The position numbers were made by a program, and so were the translations under genes. 64,000 nt of DNA from a virus (lineage: Duplodnaviria > Caudoviricetes), in the IMG/VR virus record IMGVR_UViG_3300035492_000236, one strand, 5' to 3'. The first letter of the stretch is position 1. Every line of letters starts with the position of its first letter. This document shows positions 1-8,867 of this stretch, piece by piece. The notes under the pieces are model-generated. The model was not told the DNA's origin, searched no databases, and worked only from the letters and a program-made list of their open reading frames with translations.

Positions 1-120
1 CTTCTCTTCTCACTCTCACCCCCCTTGGGGGGGGGGTCTTCTCTTCCGCTCCGCGGGTCCCTCCCGCTCGTCCTCTCTCCCCTACCCCCCAATCCCCCCT
101 TCCCCATCGAGGGAAGGGAG
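1..120. other. Non-coding low-complexity pyrimidine/purine-skewed tract with hairpins and G4-capable G-runs on the minus strand
   Basis: The plus strand is mostly C/T. C-runs at 79-82, 85-90, 94-99 and 102-105; inverted repeats C6-TT-G10 (19-36) and CCCTTCCC/GGGAAGGG (97-118). Confidence 0.75.
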
Positions 121-174
121 CATATTTACATAAGTATACAAAGCCTGTAAAAAATAACAGGAAACAAAAAACAC

Positions 175-210
175 AAAAAAAAGACCAGGGACCCGCAGGT
201 CCCAGAGTCT
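175..210 (-). terminator. Intrinsic terminator
   Basis: GGGACC/GGTCCC stem followed by a T-tract on the minus strand, directly after the stop of ORF 210..491. Confidence 0.7.
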
Positions 211-491
211 TAATTGACCACGATAACGACGTCTGGCCAGGCAGTCATCAGGTCCATGGGGATACTGTCTTTGTTCTTGAAAACCAGCTTCTCGATCTGG
301 CAACGTAGCATCAGGTCTGAGAGCCTCCCAATCGCTCCAGATTGAATCGCAGTATGTATCTCATCCAACGTGTCGGGTGGGACACTGACCGGCCTCAGAT
401 CGCCGCTGAGGGCCTTTCCTGATAAGTTAAGTACATTCATGTTGGCATCCATATAACGTGTGGTATCGACATCATGCACATGATCGGCCAA
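210..491 (-). CDS. Hypothetical protein
   Basis: ORF in a tightly packed minus-strand operon, followed by a terminator. Confidence 0.65.
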   Translation of the reverse strand: MADHVHDVDTTRYMDANMNVLNLSGKALSGDLRPVSVPPDTLDEIHTAIQSGAIGRLSDLMLRCQIEKLVFKNKDSIPMDLMTAWPDVVIVVN

Positions 492-703
492 TCGAAATGA
501 CAGCGTAGAGGTTTGATGACATCGCGAGGTCCGTTACGCGCTACCATTAATGCATACACCACGACGGATGCGACAGAGAACGCTGTGCATATTAGCAGGA
601 ACCACATCAGCCCTGGCGAGTTGATGTGGTTGTTGGTTTGCTCTTCGCTGTGCAATACTAAAATACACATCGAGAGTAGCAGTGGAATAACGTAGTCGAT
701 CAT
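437..703 (-). CDS. Hypothetical membrane protein
   Basis: Two hydrophobic segments; start overlaps the stop of 700..1098. Confidence 0.5.
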   Translation of the reverse strand: MIDYVIPLLLSMCILVLHSEEQTNNHINSPGLMWFLLICTAFSVASVVVYALMVARNGPRDVIKPLRCHFDWPIMCMMSIPHVIWMPT

Positions 704-1098
704 GCAGCGCTCGGCATCACGTACATGGTCTCCTGCGTGTGGTCGTCAACGTACGTGATGACCGGGTCCCGTCCGATGTAGTCACGACCATCCCGATGAT
801 GGTAGAGTCCCAGGTGGGTGATAACGTACCCTTCATCCCGCAGTCGTGCCGACAGATCACGGAGTAACGGTCTGCGACTCAGGGTCTCGAAGTCGTACTT
901 GGACTGGAGGGCCATCAGTTTGTGCACGTGTCCTTCGGAGATATCGTCCAGCGTGACACAGACCACGTAGCGTCCATGACGGACGTTATCGGTCAGGGTT
1001 AACAGATCATTGCCAAACACATCGTCGTAGATGCGAATATCTTGATTGGCCTCAACAATAACTTTAGAACGACTAATGCGGCTCACTGGTAAATCCAT
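700..1098 (-). CDS. Hypothetical protein
   Basis: GGAG RBS upstream of the ATG; operon packing. Confidence 0.7.
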   Translation of the reverse strand: MDLPVSRISRSKVIVEANQDIRIYDDVFGNDLLTLTDNVRHGRYVVCVTLDDISEGHVHKLMALQSKYDFETLSRRPLLRDLSARLRDEGYVITHLGLYHHRDGRDYIGRDPVITYVDDHTQETMYVMPSAA

Positions 1099-1109
1099 GG
1101 TAATACTCC

Positions 1110-1862
1110 TTATCGATCGAGAATAAACAGACCAACTGGGGAAGAAAAGTTCTTCAGTCGATCGCCAGGCACAAAGGTGGTGTATTGTATTTTCATCCGT
1201 CGGCCGATGATGCTGTCATGGTCTTGCTCCACCATGCCTTGCAAGGTGGTGGTCATGCTGGTCACGGCAGTGGTGTACGTCATGCCGTTGTGCTCGATAT
1301 CCACCACGAGCTTAGTACGCTCACCATCGTCGGTGACGCTGCTGATAACGCCGTCGCAGTAGCGCGTCGGGACCATGTGGTAGCGCTGCATGCCTTCGAT
1401 GGTTTCCGCCTCGATCAGCAGACCATCGAAGTTGTTATCGGTGGACAGTTTGTCGATCACCTGGCGCAAGTCATCCACATTGATCTCTAGCGGATGGAGA
1501 GTTTCAATGGGGATGTGGCCGACTTTCTTCGGTGTTTGGCCGAATAGGAAGATTTTGATTTCTTTGCTCCAGTCGACAAAGTCAGAATGGTGATGGTGGT
1601 ACGTCAACCATTTCGGCACGTTACGAGAGTTGGTAAGGTGATGAATCAACACCTCACCTTCAATCCCCAACCCACTCAGGTATTCACTCAGCTCACTGTT
1701 AACGAACCGGTACTCACCGTTCATCAGACTGGTGGTGTCGCCAGTGCGTCTCACCTCACACAACGCTCCAGTCGGCTTAGAGTAAGCCGTGATGGTGTTG
1801 TTGACCAGCCGCAGCTGTCCGTTGTTGTAATGTCGATAGAAATCGCCGCGCTTTAAGATCAT
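1110..1862 (-). CDS. Divergent ATP-dependent DNA-ligase-like protein (nucleotidyltransferase plus OB-like domain)
   Basis: Motif-like strings KPTG (I), IEGEVL (III), FDGLLIE (IV) and an OB-like tail CDGVI...IIGRRMKIQY...SPV. Start moved to ATG 1862 (MILKRG), downstream of a promoter-like motif. Confidence 0.5.
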   Translation of the reverse strand: MILKRGDFYRHYNNGQLRLVNNTITAYSKPTGALCEVRRTGDTTSLMNGEYRFVNSELSEYLSGLGIEGEVLIHHLTNSRNVPKWLTYHHHHSDFVDWSKEIKIFLFGQTPKKVGHIPIETLHPLEINVDDLRQVIDKLSTDNNFDGLLIEAETIEGMQRYHMVPTRYCDGVISSVTDDGERTKLVVDIEHNGMTYTTAVTSMTTTLQGMVEQDHDSIIGRRMKIQYTTFVPGDRLKNFSSPVGLFILDR

Positions 1863-1901
1863 GATTAAGACTCCAAGGTTATTCGTGATGTTGTAGCATA
1901 T

Positions 1902-1928
1902 GGATAATATATGCCTGTGAATGTTTTT
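1902..1928 (-). promoter_or_regulatory. Putative phage early-promoter motif
   Basis: Minus strand AAAAACATTCACAGGCATATATTATCC, similar to the copies at 6164, 18817, 51468, 52545 and 59847. Confidence 0.5.
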
Positions 1929-1987
1929 GCTAGGACTTGAACATCCTTTGGCAAGAGGGTTAAACAAAAATCAATGAAGGAGTTCGT

Positions 1988-3304
1988 ATGTCGGTGCAAT
2001 TGAACAAAGACGACATCCTTGCAACGTTCCAGAGTATTCCTAACACCACAGGAATAGCCTTGGAGGCGAGGGCTGACCCGACGTGGGGCGAGATCAGTTC
2101 GTTAAAGGATGCCTTCGTGGCTGGGGCGGATAACACCACCGCCACTATAGCAATGTGCAAGAGAGTGATTAATTACAGCAAGTCTATCGCCAACCGGACA
2201 GAGAACATTACCTACTTCGGCGGGAACTTGTTGGGGACGGACCGTATCCGCTTTTACTCAACAGATCGCGATCGGTGGTTCGATGAGGTCCTACAAATCG
2301 ACGAAGCTTACCTGCAAGAGTGTATTCATGCAGTCCCTGCAGTGGATAAAGACTGGAAGGTGGCAGGCGATGCATTCAACCTGAGCGTGATTTGGTTCGT
2401 ACATCGGGCCATCAACGACATCGGCCTCCGGGATAAAACCGCATATGAAGCGATGGTGGAGGCGTTGATCATGCTGCAGTTCCGGCTGATCACATCTGCT
2501 TATACCAACTTCTTCGCCCAACCTGTGGATGAGGCGGCGGCAGAAGCCACGTATGCCGCCTCCAGCATGAAGTTCCGTATTCGTCAGTTAGGTTCCTGGG
2601 GGGCGGTGTTACGGTGGCGTGCTGAATCGTATCTGTCGAAGGACAGTACCCACGCTCGCACACTGCAGAAGTTTGAAGATGACGCTGCCGTAATGTACGT
2701 GGTGACAGACATTTCCACTCGAATCCGTAAGATGATCAAAGACCAGTATGCAATCCTCGATCGGATCCGTTCTGGTAACCTACGCATTCAGACCACCTCG
2801 AACAGTATCGAGATTGACGGTGAGAAGATCATCCGTGATACCGTGAACGCGTACAGCACTGCAAAGTACTACCTGCTGGACGTGGCGGGGAACGAATCGA
2901 GCTTCATTAAGCTGGAATTGGTCGATGTGGTACTCGACGTGATGTCCACAGCCTCTAAACAAGCCCTGCTGGACGTTTTGGTATCGGTGGCAAGGACACC
3001 TACCGGTAAGAAGCGGGATGTCGTAGAATCGATCCTAGACGATACCTTGCTGTATTGTTTCGAGTACATTGCCAAGCACCGTATTCGATTCACAGACGTG
3101 GGGTACATCCTCAGTAAAATGCGAGCGATGATCACTTCATCCAAGTCGGATGACCCGCGTTTGCACAGCCTTCGTGAACGCTTAGAGAAGTACGCTAGAC
3201 AACACACCCATCTGCGAGCATCAAGCGCGTTAGCATCGGTGCGCACCGCAGTGATGTTATATGTCCTACTGAGAGCTTTGTCAGCCAACGTATACAGCAA
3301 ATAG
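1988..3304 (+). CDS. Conserved phiKZ-like protein, probably virion-associated
   Basis: 438-aa ORF with GGAG RBS and a terminator; lies next to the terminase block as in phiKZ-like genomes. Confidence 0.7.
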   Translation: MSVQLNKDDILATFQSIPNTTGIALEARADPTWGEISSLKDAFVAGADNTTATIAMCKRVINYSKSIANRTENITYFGGNLLGTDRIRFYSTDRDRWFDEVLQIDEAYLQECIHAVPAVDKDWKVAGDAFNLSVIWFVHRAINDIGLRDKTAYEAMVEALIMLQFRLITSAYTNFFAQPVDEAAAEATYAASSMKFRIRQLGSWGAVLRWRAESYLSKDSTHARTLQKFEDDAAVMYVVTDISTRIRKMIKDQYAILDRIRSGNLRIQTTSNSIEIDGEKIIRDTVNAYSTAKYYLLDVAGNESSFIKLELVDVVLDVMSTASKQALLDVLVSVARTPTGKKRDVVESILDDTLLYCFEYIAKHRIRFTDVGYILSKMRAMITSSKSDDPRLHSLRERLEKYARQHTHLRASSALASVRTAVMLYVLLRALSANVYSK

Positions 3305-3306
3305 TC

Positions 3307-3332
3307 GAGGAGGGCGCTCGCCCTCCTCTTTT
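3307..3332 (+). terminator. Intrinsic terminator
   Basis: GAGGAGGGCG...CGCCCTCCTC hairpin followed by TTTT. Confidence 0.75.
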
Positions 3333-4383
3333 ATGCGTTATTTTTTAGTAGGGTAACCTCGTCCGCCGTTAATTCGACGTTGTAACGTCGGATGCCTGCA
3401 ATGTAACCCTCAGCGTGTTCATCCTTGTAACCTTGCCCCACTCGATAAATGCTGCCTGCGGTGGAGAAAGCAGTACCGTTTAACTCATGCGCTAGCGTGC
3501 CATTAATGTAAACTCGCAACCGGCCATTGCCGTCGTAGGTAAATACAAGATGGTGCCAGGCGTTGGTGTTGATGGTGCTACTTCCATATTGACTACCAGT
3601 GGAGGAGCTGTGGAAATATGGCCTCGCTTCACTGACTCCCGTGCTGGTGATTTTAAGAGCAAAGACTGCTTGCGTTGGGTAGGCTGAGAACAGGTGCGTA
3701 TACCCTATGAAATTAATGGGGTAATAATGCATGCTATAAGACCACGCACCACTGTGTTCCAACCACGGGCTTTCAAGGTACTTTGAGCCACCAACACGAA
3801 AACAAGACCGTCCATCAATAACCGCAGGTACTGCACCCGACACGATGAAATCGGCAGTATCAATCGAGTCGATCGCATCAGTTTCCAATTGCCACAAATT
3901 CGACATGCGTCGCGCATTCGTAAAGGGAATGCCGCCCACCATCGCTGGATGACCGCTTTCCGCAACCACGTGCCAATCGTTGGCTATCTTGGTAATAAGC
4001 AAGTTATGATCTTCAGCAACAGCATACCGCCGCGCAAGCTCTGCACGCACCCTTCCCAGATCGGGATCTCCAGTCACCACATCATCAGTATGGTTAAGAT
4101 GGCACCCCACTTCACTGAATAGCGTTGATAAATCAATACGGTTGTAGTAAACTGTCGCGGTGGGAACATCGACCTGTGGTCCTGGCTCATCCACCGCCAA
4201 AGTAATGCGGCTATTGTAATTACCATACGTGCCAGACACTGGACCGTCTGAAATGTGCAACTCACCTTCGGTGTACGTGGTGTTGTTTGCGTAATTGAAC
4301 AGCTCTCGCAATAACGTTATTGGTGGTTTTAGGGTATCGACAATATAAGACATGTAGTTCTCCGAGATGTATCTAGGGCCCAC
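3331..4383 (-). CDS. Putative tail fibre/receptor-binding protein with C-terminal LamG (concanavalin A-like) domain
   Basis: N-terminal VYYNRIDL motif typical of jumbo-phage virion fibre proteins; C-terminal WHHLVFTYDG...YING...IRRYNVELTADEV LamG signature. Confidence 0.65.
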   Translation of the reverse strand: MGPRYISENYMSYIVDTLKPPITLLRELFNYANNTTYTEGELHISDGPVSGTYGNYNSRITLAVDEPGPQVDVPTATVYYNRIDLSTLFSEVGCHLNHTDDVVTGDPDLGRVRAELARRYAVAEDHNLLITKIANDWHVVAESGHPAMVGGIPFTNARRMSNLWQLETDAIDSIDTADFIVSGAVPAVIDGRSCFRVGGSKYLESPWLEHSGAWSYSMHYYPINFIGYTHLFSAYPTQAVFALKITSTGVSEARPYFHSSSTGSQYGSSTINTNAWHHLVFTYDGNGRLRVYINGTLAHELNGTAFSTAGSIYRVGQGYKDEHAEGYIAGIRRYNVELTADEVTLLKNNA

Positions 4384-4443
4384 AATATCCCGCTTAAGCT
4401 AGGTCTGGGTAAATTTATTTTATAGCTTTAATTGAATTATCGC

Positions 4444-4475
4444 AAAAAAAAAGAGGACCGAGGCCCTCTTTTTTT
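4444..4475. terminator. Bidirectional intrinsic terminator
   Basis: A9-GAGG...CCTC-T7. Confidence 0.65.
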
Positions 4476-4479
4476 GTCT

Positions 4480-5754
4480 TTAAAAGTCGAGCTCTGTCAG
4501 CTCGACCTCACCACGTATATTGTAAGCCGCGATGTAGTATTTGTAGTGGTTCCCACTTCTCCGTCTGCGTGCTGCTCGCTGCCAGCGATCGTACCTGTCG
4601 TCGTGGCCATCGTCGTCCCGGTCGCTTCCATGCGTACGATTAATGAGATTACCGATACCACCAACACCTACCGCAACCGCATACGGGTCGCCGTCGAGAT
4701 GCCCTTCTGAGACGATGAACCCTTCAACCTGGAACTCAATACCAGACTGATTATGGATCCATGGTAACGTTGGCAATGCAACCACTGGACCTTGGTCACC
4801 GACATGATCTTCCTCAAGATCGCAGAAGAGCGCCAGCCGTACCACTGCTGCAGGTACGAGTTCCGCATCGAAAACTTTCATAAACACGTCTTTGATTTTC
4901 TCCAGCACGGTTGCACCAGCCACAATATCCGGCGTAAAGGTTCCTGAAATCCAAACGCTGTCGTTGTTATCATACTCCCATGACATGTCAAATGAGAGAT
5001 GTCCGCGTGTTGCATTAATCGACAACAGGCCGTGATTAGCATAGCAGTGAATTACAACATCCCCGCTCATGATAACACGATCTAACTGACCGTGTCTGAT
5101 CGGGAATGTGCCGTACTGCTCGAGTTCCTGATTAACAATAGCCACCGCTTCACCAATTACGAGTTGCCCCAGCCCGGCATACGAAAATACCGAGGCTATG
5201 TCGTTGGGATGCGTAGGGCCTTCCATGTAAGACTTTCCTGTATTCAGCACGTCGCCCGATAGGCAATGTTGGTTGTTTTTCTCATGGTAACGTTCCATGC
5301 CCGACCGCGTGTCGTGGCGCAAGCCCCATTGCGATGCAACATCTTCACTCGATACCATATAGCCACTCACAGTAACCGAACGTAGGCCCCCGTTAACAAC
5401 CTCCAGGTCGAGCCTAACAGTAATTAACAGCTGCTGGTATTGATAGACGACATCGGCACTGTTTCTGTTTCTACTAACAAGTAGATTACTGCGTGTTAAC
5501 TGTTTGCCGCATTCAATGAGCGATTTGAGTTCATCGAATTCGACCACGGTTAAGCTCATGCGGCTTTTGAATTCGCCCAAATCTGACTCGTCATTGAAGT
5601 ATGCAGTTCTGGTACCGTCGCCCCAAGGCCGCGTATACCACCCTTTCAGTACGTGTTTTGTAATGGTGACTTTGGCTTTTTCCAAACTCCCTTCAGTCAC
5701 CACTATGTTGAAGGCTTGTTGGTCGTCGTTGGTGTAATTAAAGGTGTAAGGCAT
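4480..5754 (-). CDS. Hypothetical protein
   Basis: 424-aa ORF with GGAG RBS, ending at a terminator. Confidence 0.75.
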   Translation of the reverse strand: MPYTFNYTNDDQQAFNIVVTEGSLEKAKVTITKHVLKGWYTRPWGDGTRTAYFNDESDLGEFKSRMSLTVVEFDELKSLIECGKQLTRSNLLVSRNRNSADVVYQYQQLLITVRLDLEVVNGGLRSVTVSGYMVSSEDVASQWGLRHDTRSGMERYHEKNNQHCLSGDVLNTGKSYMEGPTHPNDIASVFSYAGLGQLVIGEAVAIVNQELEQYGTFPIRHGQLDRVIMSGDVVIHCYANHGLLSINATRGHLSFDMSWEYDNNDSVWISGTFTPDIVAGATVLEKIKDVFMKVFDAELVPAAVVRLALFCDLEEDHVGDQGPVVALPTLPWIHNQSGIEFQVEGFIVSEGHLDGDPYAVAVGVGGIGNLINRTHGSDRDDDGHDDRYDRWQRAARRRRSGNHYKYYIAAYNIRGEVELTELDF

Positions 5755-5781
5755 AGCAGTAGCTCCAAGATAATATTTAAG

Positions 5782-6087
5782 TTAAATGCGAACGGAACGG
5801 AAGCTGGGCGACGCCAGTTCGCCGAACAGTCCAATTCGTTCTGCGTTATAGCGGCTGCGAATATCAGCCACAATGACCTTGAATTCATCTTCCTGACAAC
5901 CCACTACGTGGTAACGCTGACCGTCGATGACGAGCATGTTCCACCAGCGGGCGCGTTCACCGCGCTTTGCCAGGTCCAACCGGTAACCGCGCTTTTTCAA
6001 CTCGCGCAGAATCTCACGTTTACATTCCATTGCAGACTTCGGATTGATCGCGTCTTTGATACGTTCGATAATGCCCATGATACCCAC
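5782..6087 (-). CDS. Hypothetical protein
   Basis: GAGG RBS; downstream of a promoter-like motif. Confidence 0.7.
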   Translation of the reverse strand: MGIMGIIERIKDAINPKSAMECKREILRELKKRGYRLDLAKRGERARWWNMLVIDGQRYHVVGCQEDEFKVIVADIRSRYNAERIGLFGELASPSFRSVRI

Positions 6088-6163
6088 CTCACACTGTTGA
6101 CATAGAAGGCAGGCACCCTAGCCTGCAATGATATTCACTTTACGTATGTGAATTCACTAGGAT

Positions 6164-6186
6164 GATATATATCTGAGATTATTTTT
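6164..6186 (-). promoter_or_regulatory. Putative phage early-promoter motif
   Basis: Minus strand AAAATAATCTCAGATATATATC, about 75 nt upstream of ATG 6087. Confidence 0.6.
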
Positions 6187-6197
6187 ATTCAATAAAC

Positions 6198-6237
6198 AAA
6201 AAAAAAGGCCTCCAGAGGGAGCCGAAGCTCCCTCTGG
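6198..6237 (-). terminator. Intrinsic terminator
   Basis: 11-bp stem CCAGAGGGAGC/GCTCCCTCTGG with TTCG loop on the minus strand, then T9. Confidence 0.8.
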
Positions 6238-6489
6238 GTAACCGGTCTCATATGGTCCTCCGCACACGCACCGCCTGCAGTGGTGTGGTCCTATGCACCC
6301 CGACAGCATCACTCCGAACAATTGCTCAGTGTGGCGATCGTTGCGTGTGGGTGCTCCGTCATGCGCGATCATGGCGCAGGCTATCCTCCAGATGTGTTCC
6401 ACAGGACCAATGTAACGCATCCACGCCAGAATGGTTCCGATCATAGCACCTCCTAGCACAGGATAGACACCTTTGGTATTTTTTTTTTA

Positions 6490-6699
6490 TCAGGGTAGTG
6501 TTTTTGACACTGCACTTATGAATGTGTTCGCCGCCACGGCACCGCTAAACAGCAGTAACGTGGCAAATGCAACCAATTGAATTCTAAGAGGATTTCCCAA
6601 TACAGAATAATAGGAACGCACTTGTTTAAACACATGCCAAATCAACAATATCCCGACAAAATTAATGATGGTCAGCACCACTGCTAAGCCTATACTCAT
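6490..6699 (-). CDS. Small membrane protein
   Basis: Two hydrophobic helices; ATGA overlap with the terminase stop. Confidence 0.6.
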   Translation of the reverse strand: MSIGLAVVLTIINFVGILLIWHVFKQVRSYYSVLGNPLRIQLVAFATLLLFSGAVAANTFISAVSKTLP

Positions 6700-8813
6700 T
6701 TCAAATACCTCGACTGAAGCCGTTCGTTTCGAATTAACTCTTGCAATTCCCCCACAGTTGCCGCTTGTGACGTATCTAATTTGAGCTCGGACAACAATAC
6801 TCGCAATTCACGATCCAGCGTGGTCTTGATGAAGGGATTGCGGTTCCTGGCAATCTTTGAACACAACTCATCAATCTGCTCAGTAAGCGCCTCCTGTTCA
6901 GCCTGCTCCTGTTCGAACTGACGCTCATCAAACTCCACGTCGTTCGGATTCGCAGCGTTCCTTCGCATCAGCATGCGGTTAGAAACCCCGTAATGTTCCA
7001 GTCGGCGGCCAAACAGCATGAACCAACATGCCAACAACCAAGCCACCACCATATCGTCGTTACCGCTGGCTTTGTGATCCACGCGCCCATCTTTCACCAC
7101 CAGACTCAATAGCTCGTCGGCTAACTGACGATCGTGGATCTTATCGCCGGCCATGCGAACTGCCGTCTGTAGTACCTCCCCATAAAGAAGCTTCCGTGAG
7201 GTGCCAGTGGTGTTAAAGCCAAAGTGCTTGCGGTAGGTCTCATAGAATGCTTCACTGCGAGGACTTGCCGATTTGCGAAACTCCTTTAAATCAAGGTCAT
7301 CGGCATCACGATCCTGGATGATGCGGTTAAAGATCCGTCGGCTGGCTTCGATGCCACGTGCCGGCAAGGTAATCAGTAGCGAATCGATAATGGTTGGGGC
7401 GGACGACTTACGCTCGATCACCAGCACGGTTTTCGGGTACTTGGTCATGATATCTGACAGCCAATTCGAGAACACCACCAAGTTACTTTCGTTGACCAAG
7501 CCAGTCCCTGCCACACCCATGGTTTCTGAGTGCGTGATCACCATGGCGATGTTGTCTCGGCCCACGGCGTCGGAAGTATCCAGTCCGATGATGTGCATCT
7601 TATCCAAGCGGTGTGCCATCTCGTTCCGCTCGTAATACCACTTGATGGTGTAATTGTTCGGGAACACTTCGATGTGTTTCGCTGGGGCAATCACGCTCCC
7701 GCTGACCATTTCGGCTTCTTCCACTGACAGTGGCGAGGACAATGAACCTGCAGTCCATTTCAAACCAAAGTCCCGTTCCTGTTCTTCTCGGGTACCGCCG
7801 GCGTTGGCCATAGCCTTATACAAGTCGATGTCAGTTAGGCCCAGCTGACGGTGGGTGAAAGGGGCATGTATCAGCACCCGGTCACCCTTCGATGCTTTGG
7901 TAATCAAGTCAATCAGTTCTGCACGTGTCGGTACGTCCAGGAGGTTCTCATCCCAATAGTAACCATCGTGGAACATCTTGTACACCATCTTACCATCTTC
8001 TTCATCGCGCTTACCGGGCGTGGTTGTGAACACGTTACCGTAAGGAATGCCGGCTTCTTCGGCAATGCGTCGAGCGGTGGTTCCGGCAGCCAGGGCCGCA
8101 GGTAACATGATACGTATGAACTTGGTAAATGCAGTTTCGTCACTGAACAGACGGGCAGTGGTCAAACCCCGACCAGCACCCAATGCGGCCTCTTTACTGT
8201 TCTGTGCGATGCAAGTCACCAGACGGTTACCGCGCGAGTTGTAGGTGAAGATCTCCGTGTTGTCTGCGTCGTTTTGCGCATTCCAACTGTATGGCGGTAG
8301 CGCATCACGGATCTGTTTCATCTTAGAGATGGTCTCAGTCCGCAGGGTGCTGTCCTTCGTTAGCAGAATGGTCCGACTCCCTTTCAGGATACGAATCAAA
8401 TACACCAGCAGAGATGCCACCACCACGGTTTTCCCTTGCTGACGAATCAACAGTAGTGCGATATCGATGTTGTTGAAGAATGTCCATATCAGCGCGAACG
8501 AGCCCCGGTGGATTTTAAACGGCACGGGGTCAGCGCCATCCTGCGGCACTCGCACAAACTCCCGGAAGTAATACCAAGGGTTGATGAACATTTCATAGAC
8601 CACGGCGTTTTTGGTTGCCATGTCTAAATTAGGGTCGTGGGGGTCAACATGTTCCAAGTCAGGGTTGATCAACGCCAAACAACAGTACCAATGTTCGATC
8701 TTCATCTCGCGATGGATATACGCCAGTTTCAGGAACGATTCGTTTTTGGTAGAGTAGTGGATGATCGCGTCTTCGTGACCTGGTAGTCCCCAGTCAGATT
8801 TTCGTAAAATCAT
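6696..8813 (-). CDS. terL: Terminase large subunit (phiKZ gp25-like)
   Basis: Walker A-like IRQQGKT, Walker B-like LFSDE, nuclease motifs IIGLDTS and DDMVVAW; precedes the gp26-30-like block. Confidence 0.92.
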   Translation of the reverse strand: MILRKSDWGLPGHEDAIIHYSTKNESFLKLAYIHREMKIEHWYCCLALINPDLEHVDPHDPNLDMATKNAVVYEMFINPWYYFREFVRVPQDGADPVPFKIHRGSFALIWTFFNNIDIALLLIRQQGKTVVVASLLVYLIRILKGSRTILLTKDSTLRTETISKMKQIRDALPPYSWNAQNDADNTEIFTYNSRGNRLVTCIAQNSKEAALGAGRGLTTARLFSDETAFTKFIRIMLPAALAAGTTARRIAEEAGIPYGNVFTTTPGKRDEEDGKMVYKMFHDGYYWDENLLDVPTRAELIDLITKASKGDRVLIHAPFTHRQLGLTDIDLYKAMANAGGTREEQERDFGLKWTAGSLSSPLSVEEAEMVSGSVIAPAKHIEVFPNNYTIKWYYERNEMAHRLDKMHIIGLDTSDAVGRDNIAMVITHSETMGVAGTGLVNESNLVVFSNWLSDIMTKYPKTVLVIERKSSAPTIIDSLLITLPARGIEASRRIFNRIIQDRDADDLDLKEFRKSASPRSEAFYETYRKHFGFNTTGTSRKLLYGEVLQTAVRMAGDKIHDRQLADELLSLVVKDGRVDHKASGNDDMVVAWLLACWFMLFGRRLEHYGVSNRMLMRRNAANPNDVEFDERQFEQEQAEQEALTEQIDELCSKIARNRNPFIKTTLDRELRVLLSELKLDTSQAATVGELQELIRNERLQSRYLK

Positions 8814-8867
8814 AGCGCATGCTCACAATGAATAAAAAGAGTAGGGTGGTTGCCCACCCTACTCGAG

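Noticed and set aside
4480-4650. Asp/Arg-rich C-terminal tail of the 424-aa protein as a functional repeat
   Set aside because: Short charged tail without periodicity or recognisable family; insufficient evidence.
6696-8813. Inteins or introns in terminase, UvsX, RNase H or SbcC
   Set aside because: The ORFs are continuous, of expected size, and show no intein terminal motifs or group I core elements.
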